From Paragordius varius (taxonomy: Eukaryota; Animalia; Nematomorpha): a DNA stretch of 64,000 nt. The stretch lies in the NCBI GenBank assembly GCA_964247055.1, contig OZ176053.1, forward strand, positions 2,232,001-2,296,000, read 5' to 3'. The translations under genes and the position numbers were made by a program. This document shows positions 1 through 12,557 of the stretch, in pieces (positions within the stretch are counted from its first letter, which is position 1; the number at the start of each line of letters is the position of its first letter). The notes below the pieces were generated by a model that saw nothing but the letters and a program-made list of their open reading frames with translations, searched no databases and was not told the DNA's origin.

Positions 1-261
1 TGTGAGATTAATAGTTATAATAATTTTATAATCTATTTTTTATAATATTATAATGATTTTTTCCCAAAATGCTGTAATAAATTTTGGTGTAATGCTATTT
101 TCTCAAAGTTTAATTTTATTTCCTTAGTACATTTTTGGTTTTATGATATTTTCTTCGTTCATTTAATACATGCTTTCTATGTCTTTATCATTCCTTTCAT
201 AAAAAAAGTATTAACTTTTAAAGAAATTTTCAACTTAAAAATCCTATTCGCAATAACGCAC

Positions 262-293
<32 letters not shown>

Positions 294-294
294 G

Positions 295-3200
295 GGACCA
301 GCTGTGTTTATGGAACAAGCTCTTATTAGATTAGCATTAGATATGTTAAGTCAAAAGCAATATAGTTTATTGCAAACGCCATTTTTTATGCGCCGTGAAA
401 TTATGAAGGAAGTTGCTCAACTTAGTCAATTCGATGAGGAATTATATAAGGTTTGATTCGTGGTTTTGGTTCTCATTTTGCAAAAACAATTTTTTTTGTA
501 ATTTTATTTATAAATTTTTTTGGGGGGAGGGGGGGGATAGAATATTTAGATTTAAATCACTTTTATGTAATATTAGTTTGAATCTTATATATACAGAAAT
601 CTTTTAACAGTTTAAAATGGTTTAAATTTAATATGTGATGAGTTTGTTTCCCGAAAATTTTGCTTTATTAAAGAATCAATTGAATATAATTGAATATAAG
701 ATTTATAAAAACATTTAGTTTTATTTTTTTATATGGATGGCAAGGGTATACAACATGCGGCCCTCCAAAATATTCCGGCCCGCGAGAATCAAATCAAAAA
801 TTTCTGAAATCTAAAAAGAAATTAATTTTCTAAACCAATTTTCTGATGAATTTTTATCGAGTTTTGGCAATGAAATAGCAACAAATGTTAAATAAATAGT
901 TGATTTTACAGTCTTAGTCTAAAATCTAATATTTTTTAATGTCCATATCTTTCATAAATGCAGCCATCCGCGAAATTGTCTAAAACAGAGACCCTTGGTG
1001 TAAGGGATTCATGCAACTCTATAAACATTATATAATATTTCTTAATTATATTAAAAGAATAAATTTCAGATTGGCTTTTATTGGTCATAAAAAATGTATT
1101 TAATTAACAAATATTTTTTACGACATTATATAATGTGACTATACAAAGCTAAAAAGTCTTTTTGATTTTACTAATTTTTTCAATGTTTTGAGCAGTCATA
1201 AATTTAATATATTAAACCATGTTAATATCGATTATATATATTTATTTTAACATCGAAAACTTTAATTGATAAAAAAAATCCTATTTACCAATTTTATTTA
1301 CATTTTATTTAATATTATCATTAATATACTATAAAAAAGAACCTTCTCAAACTTTAAGTTTCACATAAAAAATTTTTAGTTACATTTATATAAATCTTTT
1401 CAAGGTGCACAAAAAGTTCATTTTGCTCTTATGAAAATAAAAAAGGGATGATTAACTCACAACAAAACATACCTGCTTGTTGCACATTAATATAAATTAG
1501 TTGTAATTTCATTTTCATTATTTTCTTTTTTGGTAAAAAGGTAATAGGCAAGGGTGAAACGACCGAATCTGAGGACATAAAATATTTGATTGCGACATCG
1601 GAGCAACCAATTGCCGCATATCACAGAGAAGAATGGATGGATCCTGTCACGTTACCCCTGAGATATGCTGGTCTTTCCACCTGTTTTAGGCAGGAAGCCG
1701 GTTCCCATGGGCGAGATACGCGGGGGATCTTTCGAGTCCATCAATTTCAAAAGGTTAAATTACTTGATTGCAATCGTTTTTGTAAACCAAAAATATTTAT
1801 TTGAGTTGTTGTAGGAGTATGGTACTTACTTACTTGATGGCTTTTTGACTTCATGTTTGAAGGTTTCCATTTACGGTCTTATTCCAAAGGTCCTTATCTA
1901 GACATTTGGTAATGTCGAGGTTTAGTATTTTTATGTCATTTTTAATGTTGTCGCTTCAGGAATGTGTTGGGCGCCCTTTGCGGTTGTTTCCAAAGGGTTG
2001 TATGAGCTTAATGGTTTGAGTGGATGGTCGGTTTGTCTTCTTTTAATGTGACCCAAGTATTTAAGCTTGGTGTGCTTTTAAATGATTGGCTAAGACATGT
2101 TGGTCGGGATTGTCATTTTTTATTTAATTGATAACATTATGAGTTTTTTGTTTCAGGGGTTTTGGGTGAATGGCAAATTTTCAAGGTATGTGTTGGCTTT
2201 ATTATAGATATGGGTTTGTCGTTTAAAAAGCCAGCTGCTTTTATGGACGAGATCTATCAGTTTTAGAAATCAAATTTTTTTGTTTATACGATTTTTTGCC
2301 TTTTTTGGTTAATTTAAAATTATTGTTTTTTTTTATGAAATTTAATTAAATTTTTACAAAGTTTTTGTGAAATTTTGTTGTAAATTATGGTTTTTGTTTT
2401 TTAAATTTGGGATAAAAATATAATTTTTTTTGCGTTACTTGAAAATTATTTTATTTGATATTCTTGAATTTTTAAATGCAAGTTGACACGAACGCAACTA
2501 GCACACGTAAGGTCCATCATTTTACTAAAAGTGATGTATTTTGGAAATATGTATAGGTGATTATTTGGGCTAATCAAGTTTTTTAAGGTAATATTAGTTT
2601 AATAAATAGTTTTTTTGCGAAAGTTTTGGATTTTACAAGTCCATATGCCAAGATTTAATAAATAGTTTTTTTTCGTTTAGTCGATATAAATAAGATAGAG
2701 TAAAACTTGAAATTACAGCGCAAAACGTTAAACCAAAGTTTTTAAAACTTTATATTTTTTTACTATTGGCTATTGTTTTGGGTTTATGAAACTTATATAA
2801 CTTCAAGCACACATTCGTATTGTTTTAGGTTGTATAAAAATATTTATTCAAAAAGCATGGCTGTGTTTAAATCAAAAAATATGTGTCTTTTATTTTCCCC
2901 TTTTGTTTTTATGGTTGGAATTTTTACTGTATTTCATAATCTGATCCCTTTAACATTTTTGATAGTATGTGGTAAATATAGTTTGAGTCTTCACAAGACA
3001 ATAGATTTATTCCATCAATGTAAAAATTATCTTTCATATTTTTTTTCTTATGATAGAAATTATAAAAATTCATATTTTGCAGGTAATAAAAATAAATTTA
3101 TATAAATTTGGGCTAAATAACTCATAACTTTGAGCTTACATTTGTTGTTGATTGAGAGAATTTCGAGTACATTCATGTTAAAAAAATATTTTTTTTGGTT

Positions 3201-4642
3201 AATTTGCAATTCCAAATATTTTTTCGAATTTATATGAAGTATATAATGTATAAGTATAACTTTGACCAAGAGAAATTGAATGCCAATTATTTTTTGGCTT
3301 ATCATATATGCCTTTTTTCCACAGTCAATAAAAACATTTTTTAAGTCATGAATGGTTAAGAAATTGGATATTTTACAAATGATAACGGTTTTCAACCATT
3401 TTCCAGGAAACGACGATTCCATATTTTTAAAAATATTCAATATTATTTGATGAGTAATTTGTATAAATTTATTTTCTGCACATTTAACCGTGATATTGAA
3501 ATTTATTTTAAATATTAAAAAATTAAAATATTATTGTCTATTTAGGTCGAACAATTTTGTATCACTTCACCATTTGATAATTTATCGTGGGAGATGTTTG
3601 ATGAAATGTTGGGCAATTCTAAAGCCTTTTATCAATCCTTGAATATACCGTACAGGCTTGTAGCCATTGTTTCAGGTATTATATATGTAAAAAAACATTT
3701 TTGTTGACTATGTACAGGAAGATTAGATTCTAAAAAAAATTAGCTCTCTTTTTACTTTTCAAACTGCTCTCTTTTTTAGTTTAAGCAACTTGTACACCTT
3801 ACATGGTGGGACAAAAAATATGGGCGAGAAAATTATGTAATGTATTGGTATTGAGAGGTTTTTAATTTATTACCCTTCAAATGATGTATGAAAATTAATA
3901 TTGGGTAAAATATTAAAATTTCCGTTTGTTTCGTCCCTCTCCTATCTCATAATTTACTTTTTGGGGCATATTCTTCAAATATAATTGGAAATATATAAGG
4001 GGAAACTAACAAATTTTACATAAGAAATAAAACATTTTTATATTTAATTTTATATTTTTATTTATTTTTTGATTGGGAAAAAAGGAGCCCTCAACAATGC
4101 CGCAGCCAAAAAAGTTGATTTAGAGGGCTGGTTTCCTGGTTCAAAGGCTTTCCGTGAGCTAGTTTCATGTTCCAATTGTACAGAATATCAATCACGTCGA
4201 CTTAAAATACGTTTTGGTCAAACTAAAAAGATGGATGGAACAGTTTCTACTTTTTCTTTTAATTCCAAAACTTTAAGATTATTTTATACTAATAATAATA
4301 AAGAAAAAGAAAGTAATGGTAAAACATAAAATTTTTACCTTTTGTTAAAGGTTGATTATGTCCATATGTTGAATGCTACAATGTGTGCAACTACACGTAC
4401 TATATGTGCCATCCTAGAGAATTATCAAACTCCAGAGGGCGTTATTATACCCGATGTTTTGCAACCGTATATGCCTGAAAGTTAGCAATATTCATATATT
4501 TTATATAAAAATGATTATTTTATTTTTTTACATGTTGAAATTATTTTACATATTTATAGAATATAAAACCATGATACCGTTTGTTAAAAGCGCACCTATT
4601 GATGAAATTGAAAGCAATAAAGCCGCCAAAATGAAAAAATGA
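295..4642 (+). CDS. SARS1: Cytosolic seryl-tRNA synthetase, 3' part (5' exons lie upstream of the window). Exons 295-450, 1541-1753, 3546-3675, 4085-4242, 4351-4480, 4560-4642
   Basis: Spliced translation gives class II motif 2 ([23 protein letters not shown]), [16 protein letters not shown] and motif 3 ([21 protein letters not shown]). All introns are GT-AG with matching phases; stop TGA at 4640-4642. Confidence 0.96.
741..997. mobile_element. Degenerate hAT-type MITE in SerRS intron
   Basis: Ends caaggg(t) / (a)cccttg are inverted; subterminal gcggccc and ggcccgcga motifs resemble hAT Charlie/Buster ends; no intact 8-bp TSD. Confidence 0.4.
1822..2260 (-). mobile_element. 3' fragment of an RTE-clade LINE, degenerate
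   Basis: Minus strand reads [11 protein letters not shown]...RKGRP...DNIKND (frameshifted), matching the RTE C-terminal motif, followed by a (taag)n-type tail at about 1822-1835. Confidence 0.6.
3060..3440 (-). other. 126-codon antisense ORF inside SerRS intron; possible nested gene or relic
   Basis: Long for this AT content; the N-terminal segment [25 protein letters not shown] loosely resembles an RRM start. No confident homology. Confidence 0.2.
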
Positions 4643-5669
4643 GATTAAAAATTCTTTTTCTCTATATTTAACATGGATAATGCATTTGATTCACAAATTG
4701 TTTAGTCACTCGTACATTTGATTTGGATCAATCTTTGGCTTTTATCATTTTTTATCATGAAACATCATATATATTATTAAAATATAAACTGATTGCCCAT
4801 ACCTAAAAATTATTAAAATAAATATGATTTATATTATTTTTAGAGAGTTTCCCAATTAATACTTATATTATATAACGCAATAGGTTGTGACCTACCTTTC
4901 TAACCAACTACGAATTAGATTTAAAAATTCAAATTTAAAAATTTTACCCCGTTGCGTGTATGTAAACTATTTCTGTTTTTTTTATTAATATTGTGTTTTA
5001 TATAGTTCAATAATCAACTTAATCCGTCTATAATTAAATAAAAGAAAAAAAATATTTTTTTAGTCATTCAGGCACTGAAGAATTTATGATAACAAAACAT
5101 ATATCTTTATGCCATATGTTAAAAATTGACCATGGAACTCATAAATAAAGAACCTATTTCTTGTATAATTTTATCAATTAATTTTCAAAGTTTGAAAACC
5201 AAAAACCGGCTTTGGTTCAAACCATCTCCAAAAAACACCCTTGTTCCGGTTTTGTTATTTTGGGATTGAGTTTTAGATGCTGTTATAATAGAACAACACA
5301 CTTTATTTATGTTAACCCCGTTTTTCTTTTAAATTTATTTTAGGGTGTCTCCTGATAAAATCGGTTTAATTGACTCACAGTTTGCACAACACTCGGACTT
5401 AATTAACCTGATGTGAAAAAAATTCTAAGTCATTTCCATCTTTAAATCAATTATCTAATAATGAGGGAACATTGATTTTTTGCAATTTTTTAAAAAATGA
5501 CCGCCTATTGGAATTAAATAACGAAATTTATCATTGCTTTATGCATAGTCAGCATTTTTTCGTATTTCGACTCATCCCGTGGAAGAACAGGTTTAAAAAG
5601 CGTCTGTAATAGTTTTTCGGAAAAAATACGCTTAATCAAAATTAATGCTAAATATTAATTTATTTATTA

Positions 5670-7629
5670 ACTAGCTGGCCCTGTCATGCTTAGCTGTGAC
5701 GTAGTCTCACCGATAATTATTCTTAATAATTTCCAATAAATAGAAGAATGGAAAAAAAAATAATAAAAAACATATTTAATAAAAGGATTATTTTAATTCT
5801 TTTACGGGTTTTTGCATAGGACCAAATATTGTTCACTTGGAGTTGACCATATTTAAACTGTCCCTTATGTTAATATTCATCTATCATTGGATTTATTTTA
5901 AGTTCGTTTTACGAAATCATGGTTAAAAGTAATATTTCACCACTGAGATCGAAGGATAAAAAGTAAACCATTTGTGGTCCCTTTTTGAAGGAAAGAATGA
6001 TATTATATAAAATCCCCAGAAAAGTGTTTAACTTAAGTCGTATGTCTTCTTAAGTTTTTTGAAAATTAGCTCCAAAACCACGCCATTTTTGTGTGTCGTC
6101 TCAGTTTTAAACCGGTAGACCCCTATCCATGGACCTATATGGAAAAAGCGCTGAGTTAAATTGCCTTTATAAGGCAAATATTTGGATCATCTCTGATACC
6201 ATCGTCTCATGAATCATTCAAAAAAATAGCTCAACACTAAATAAGCGTTACATGATGGCGTATTTTTAGGGCATAAGGGCCCCAAATTAACGGCTAATAG
6301 AAATGACCTTAATTTTTACCTAGTTACGGGTAATATTTATGGCTTCATAAATTTTCTGTAAATTAGCTCCAAAACAACGCAATTTCTATATAGTGGCGCA
6401 TTTTTTGGCGGGTAGCTCCTTGAAGCAGGTATAAAAAAAGCGTTGGGCAAATATTTTGCTTTTACATGGGGAATATCTGGAATTATCATGGATTTTATAT
6501 GTTCCCATTGGTCTCATATGTCTTCTGAAATTTGGCTCCAAAGGCAGGCTCGAGATGGTGACGCAGTTTTACGCGCCTAGCCCCCTAATCAGAGGCGAAA
6601 CAAAAAACGCTCTATTGAAATTTTTGCCTTAATTCAGGTAATACCTGGAGTCTTGATTGATTTCTATCGTGAGATTTTTAAAAAATAGCCTCAAAAAAGT
6701 CATTCTATGGTGGCGCATTTTTTAGGGCAAGTGCCTCATTAATGGCTAATTTAAAAAACTACTCTGCTTATTTTTGCCTTTTTGGGAAATATTTCAAGCC
6801 CTTATTAAACTCATATAACCTGATAAGTTTTTTAAAATTTTCCTCCAAAGTCACGCTTTAACGATATGGTGGCTCAGTTGTAGGCGGGTAGCCCCCTACC
6901 CAGAGGCCAATATAAAAAGACGTTCGATAAAAAATTTTGCTTTCATTCCATATGTTCTTAATAGTTTTTGGAAGGATGGCTCTAAAACTAAATATTAGTT
7001 CAATGATAGCGCATTTTTAGGGCGTAAAGAGTCTAATAAACGGCTAATTTAAAAAAAATCGCTCGACTTAAATTTTTGACTTTTTACGGGTAATATTGGC
7101 CCTTATTAGACTTAGACTACCTGAGAAGTTTTCTGAATATTAACTTCTAAACAACGCGATTTCGATATGGTAATTCAGTTTTAGGCGGGTAGCTCCTTAC
7201 CCAACAGCCAATGTTAGGGAAATACGACTAAAATTTTTGCTTTTTAACAGGGAATAGCTGGAATTCTTATTAAATTTTTACGGTCTCATACCTTGAGCAA
7301 AAAATTATTTTTGTGAACTTAGTTTTTTAGAAAAGAATGGCATTTTACGGGGGGAGCGGATAAAAAGAGGGCCTATGTTCGGGGCAATCGAAAATAAGTA
7401 AAAGACTATTCGAAATGAAATGGTCCAACACGTTTTACGGAAAATTGTCTCAAAGACACGATTCAAATAAAACCGTTTTTTTCTGGGGGCCTAATTCAAA
7501 AAAAGGCAAAGGTATTGTCGGGGCATTCATTAATGGTTATATTTTTTTCGACATTTGGATTTGAGGTCTACCAAATTTCCAGAAACAGATCACAAAGCCG
7601 GTATTTTCCATTTTTATAAATATATAGAT
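5670..7629 (+). mobile_element. Non-autonomous Helentron/DINE-1-like rolling-circle element with internal tandem repeats
   Basis: Starts actagctggccctgtc plus a short hairpin (gtca...tgac) and ends ttttataaatatatagat, both resembling Helentron-associated element termini; encloses a GC-elevated tandem array. Confidence 0.5.
6050..7300. repeat. Diverged tandem array of about 150-bp monomers (about 8 copies)
   Basis: Anchor motif tagctcc-like at about 6067, 6227, 6364, 6533, 6686, 6840, 6977, 7141 (spacing 137-169 bp); two monomer types (ggcgggtagc-type and ttttagggc-type). Confidence 0.75.
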
Positions 7630-8061
7630 GTGCCGAACATGGAATATTTTTTTTCTGCATATTTCATTTACTCGATCTTCACAGTACATAAATAGCAGCG
7701 CTAAAAAACCATTTCAAATCTACGCATAATAAATTAAATGTTAAAGGATAATTACTATCTAAACACGTATCTTTCTCCCACTTTAAATGAGATTATATAA
7801 GCCTAAAAATGTTTCCATATGATATAAGTTTTTAATACATTAGTGAATTGAAAATTAAACAATTGTCCTTTAGCTAAATGTTCATGCAAGACGCAATCAA
7901 TATATTATGTAAAAAAACGAAAATATTAAAATTTAGTTTATTATCATTAAATATATGATGGTATTCGAACTTTTTAATTAGTATTCCAATTAATTAAAAA
8001 AGATAAGAACATGATTAAACAGGACAAATGTGTAATCAGTAAATTAGTGGATCATTTAAAC

Positions 8062-10493
8062 CAGGGGTGTCCAATAGTGACCTCGCGAGCCACTAGTATA
8101 TGTAAATTATGCATTTGTATTTTGACATTTAAATTATTTTAGAAACATTTAATAAAATTCTTTATTATAAATATCTATCATCGCAATCATAATAAAACAC
8201 ATTTTTTCCTGCATGTTATTTCCAACTTCAAAATGATAACTTTTACATTATTAAAATAAGTTATTTGGCTTTCATACCAATACTGGGAATTATAATTTGG
8301 GTCCATTGAAACATTAAAATACTTGCAAAAATTGATATTTAAAATAATTTATTTTCATACCAATACTGGATATTATAACACTGGTCGACAAATTTGGACA
8401 TTTTTAAGCACCACCACTTAAACCTTTTAAATTATGACTAATTTCAGTGTTTTAAAATTTGAAAAAATTTTGATCCCGCCAATCAGAATTTTGAAATTTT
8501 ATAGGTTTTTTGATTTTTCAAAAACAAGAGAAAATCGAGAGAAAATTAAATATAACTTTATAATAAAATGTTATTATATTATAAACTTAATATCAAATAA
8601 TAAAGCGTTTAAAACTCTATCTTTTGAATATAAATATGTAAATATCAGAGAGAAAAAAATAGTACGGACTTAAACGTCAAAATTTAGTCTTTTTTTTCAA
8701 GTAAATTTTTAACACATATAAAATTTTTTTAAAAAAATACTAAAAAAGGCATTCTATGGTTTAAATCTTCGGCTTTCAGATAGACTATATTTTTTTTGTT
8801 AGATTTCGTTCTTTCGAGTACTTATTAGACTTTTTCTCTTGAGTTGGTTCTTATAAAAAACCTTTATTTATACCTAGTGGATATACCTTATTTTTTTAAA
8901 ATTATTGGTTGTTTTGTATTTTGAATTTCAGATGGATGTTGTGTAGCCACTTTTAGTAGAATTTACTGTTATGGGGTTGGACCATTTGTATTTACCTAAT
9001 TTATATTCAATTTAATTGTAGAATTTATCTAACTTTATTCTGTAAATTGGTTAATTTGACATGTCAATTTGCCACGATTTTGCTTGCAAGTCTCTCTTAT
9101 CGGACTTTACGATTACTTATTGTTATCTTTGCCATATCTGGCATAATTATAGGATCGCTTGGGGGATATGCAGAGCTTGTGCAGCCGCCCATATCTATCA
9201 CACTATACATAAGCCCCTTTTAGATTTTTAACTTTGGCTCTTAGCTTGTTTAGTATCTTATTTAATGCCTAGAATTTGTTATCCATGCATGGAATATTAC
9301 TTGTATCGACTTGCTTGTTTGAATATTTAAACATATGCACACGAAGAATGATTGTTATTTTTGAATTAAATACAAATTTAAAAATTAAATTTTGGAAAAA
9401 TCCTATTGGTGGCCTCAATTTTCTTTTTTGTTTTGGCCTTTCCATGCCATTAGGTATCAGAAAATGCAAAAATATTGGGGTGGTGCAAAACCTTGTTGAG
9501 CAGTGTAATTAAGGTCCATTGAAAAATTAAGTTACCTGCAAAAAATAGGTAAAATAATTTATTTAACTTTCATACCAATACTGTGAATTTTAATTTGGGT
9601 CCATTGAAACATTCAATTACTTGCAAAAAAAATAGGTATTGACGTTATTTAAATGCCATTAGCAATAGATTTAAAGCTCGTAAAACTAACGATTTTTCAA
9701 AATATGCAGATCAAATTAACATATTATCAAAAACTTTTAATAATCGATACGGGGATATGACAAAATATGAAAAAATAATTGATTTATTTTGTTGTCCATT
9801 TTACGTTGAAGCTATCAACGCTCCTATTAATTTACAAATGGAATTACTAGATTTGCAATCCAAAATGAATTAAAATTATTATTTGGGCAAACAAATAAAA
9901 TTGAATTTTATAAAAAATATATAACGTTTGATAAATTTCCTAATTTAAGAATTTATGCACAAAGATTAATTTGTGTTTTTGGGTCCACTTATCTTTGTGA
10001 AAGTTTTTTTTCTAAAATGAAATACACAAAATCTCTTTCACGTTCTAACTGATGAAAACTTGGAGAATGAATTGAGATGTGCTGTATCAAATATTGATAT
10101 AGTTCTGAATAAATTAAGCAAAAAAATTACAAAACAAATATCCCATTAAAAATTTAATTATGCAATGAAATATATTTGTTCCTTTTTTTTAGATAAAAAA
10201 AGGTTTCATTTTGGCGATTAAATTCGCCACAGTCTACTCTAGTCATACTATCGAATTGCAATAAGTTTACCATACCCATGTATTTTTATCTTTTTTTTAC
10301 ACATTGATATAATTTAATTAGCAAAGCATTATCATATTTATACTGTTTATTTTCTTTTTGATATTTAGCACATCTATATGTTAAATAAATTTATTTGTTA
10401 CCTATGTCTTGATATATATAAATAAAAAGTGGTTCTTTGGAATTTTGAGGTCGAAAAGGTGGCTCTTCAAGCCATTTGTGTTGGACACCTCTG
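8062..10493 (+). mobile_element. hAT Charlie/Buster-type DNA transposon, internally deleted, with pseudogenised transposase C-terminus (about 9650-10150)
   Basis: TIRs caggggtgtccaa / ttggacacctctg; perfect 8-bp TSD atttaaac (8054-8061 and 10494-10501); frameshifted remnant LQMELLDLQ...FPNLRIYAQRLICVFGSTYLCESFFSKMK (hAT dimerisation region). Confidence 0.92.
8379..9505. mobile_element. Tc1/mariner-like non-autonomous element nested in the hAT element
   Basis: Imperfect TIRs cactggtcgacaa / ttgttgagcagtg; it interrupts one copy of the host's internal repeat at a TA. Confidence 0.55.
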
Positions 10494-10655
10494 ATTTAAA
10501 CTATCTAAATAAATGTTACAATGGAAGAACAAGAAGTGGAGTGGTGCGAGGATCGAAATAAAGAAAGTATAAGTATACCTGAATTGCAAATGAGCAATAT
10601 TATCAGGGATAATTTCTTAAAATGACCTCATCAGATTGAAATGCATATGAGTTTT

Positions 10656-10695
<40 letters not shown>

Positions 10696-12557
10696 TTTAT
10701 AGCGTAATGGTGGGTGTTGTACCGCAAAAGCTACCTATTCAATATTGGGTTGTTGCATAAACTCTAAAAATTCGCCTTGCTTTCATTACAAAAAATCTAA
10801 TAAATTTTTCCAAACGGGTGTATAAAAACATAACATTATTTTCACCATTTATTTTACAATATTGGTAGTTGTTTTTCCAAAACATCTTTAAAAATTGCAT
10901 TATGAATCAATATAAATTTAACAAATAATAAAAGGTGATATAATGAAGTATATCTAAATTCCTAAATAACCAAACGAACAATATTTGAATAAACAAAAAT
11001 ATTTAAAATGTTTTTTTCCACAGTGTACACTAATTAAACTATATAGTCTGAAGATAACGTGATCTCATGGTGCTGTTGGTTTTGGGTCTTATGAGTGAAT
11101 AAAAAAGAATATTCACATTTATTGCTCCATATCGTAAAGTCATATAAAGCGCATATGATAATAATTGGCAATTTTTTAATGAAAAATGCTTCTCTCAGAA
11201 TAAAAAATATTTTAACAAAATTATATAAAAAATTAATTTTAAGTGTTTAAATGTTTCTATTTATGGATCCCAAAAGAGTTAGTTATTGACTTAATAAACA
11301 CAAAAATGCCGAAAGAGCGTGGTACAAATTTTAAATATGGCAGATTTTGGCATCATAAATAGATTATACGAAATGGCATGCTTTTCTTAAACATTTAATT
11401 TCTAACCGAAATTTTATTGAAACAAATTGGATGATATTTAGAAGCATTTAAAGTATTATAACACTTTTTTTCATAATAAAACATCCAAAAAAATCTGACA
11501 TTTAATATTGTGATAGAATGTATCAGGATAATCATGCAGTTTGTTTAGGTCTTTGCGAGTGATTCATGAATTCATACTTTTGTATAAAATGCACCATATC
11601 AAAAATAGGAAATTTTGCACAGTTATAAATTAAATTTTTTTGGTTCAAGCTAAATGCCTCATTCTAAAAAATATCACAAAAATTTAGCATATTAAAAGAA
11701 AAACAATATTTTAAATAAGTTTTGTTATTCACTAAAAATATTTAAAAAATGTATGTTGCATTCAAAAAAATTTTTTTTGCTTCGAAAGCAATGTAATTTG
11801 ATGAGGCTAAACATTTCTCTCATCTGAGATTATAAAACACAACATATATTAATATATTGTAGGGCGAACCAGTCTTTAAAAATCACCAGAATTGTTATGC
11901 AAACAATCAAAAATATATTTTGATGAAATGTATTTAAATTCTGATGAAAATATACCCCAGGATTATGGCACTGTTGGTTTTGTGCTTCGGGTGATTAAAG
12001 AGTATTTTCATTTTTATGTTGATTGTTTATATAAAAAAGTTGCAAATATTATAGATATAAGATTTTTATAATAAATGATTATATAAAATATCAAAATATT
12101 CTAAAGAATCATAACAATATTTATATAGATGTGGGACGCGTCGCTCAAATTCTCTCTAAGATCAACTTGTCATATTGTTGATATCGCAAATCAAACTTTT
12201 ATATGAGGATAAATTAGAAAACATAGAAATATCATGATGAAATATATATTCTGAAAAATAATTGAATCGAGATTCTCATTCCCTTTTGGTTTTGGGTTTT
12301 ATGGGTTATTAAAATATAACTTTGTGATAATTGCTCCATATCAAAAATCGTAGAATATTTTTAGAAAAAAAATTTTAAGCTTAATTCTTCATTCTAAAAA
12401 TATAACAAATACATCATACACATATCAATAGGATAAATACACAAAAATTTAGAGCTAATATTTAGACAACTGAGTAGTGTCAACAAATATAAAAATTTAA
12501 AATATATATCATCTAGTCCGTGATATTGTAATTGCGGCCCTAAAAGCCCCATATAAC

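Noticed and set aside
1739-1753. SerRS motif 2 reads HQFQK rather than the usual HQFEK
   Set aside because: That position varies among SerRS enzymes (E/N/D); a single conservative change is not informative.
5070-5420. Possible small plus-strand gene with 28-33-nt introns (FENQKPALVQ...VSPDKIGLIDSQF)
   Set aside because: Three segments can be joined, but no phase-compatible start exon or homology was found; chance stitching is easy when tiny introns are allowed.
10521-10625. 34-codon acidic ORF MEEQEVEWCEDR...
   Set aside because: Too short, with no supported downstream exon.
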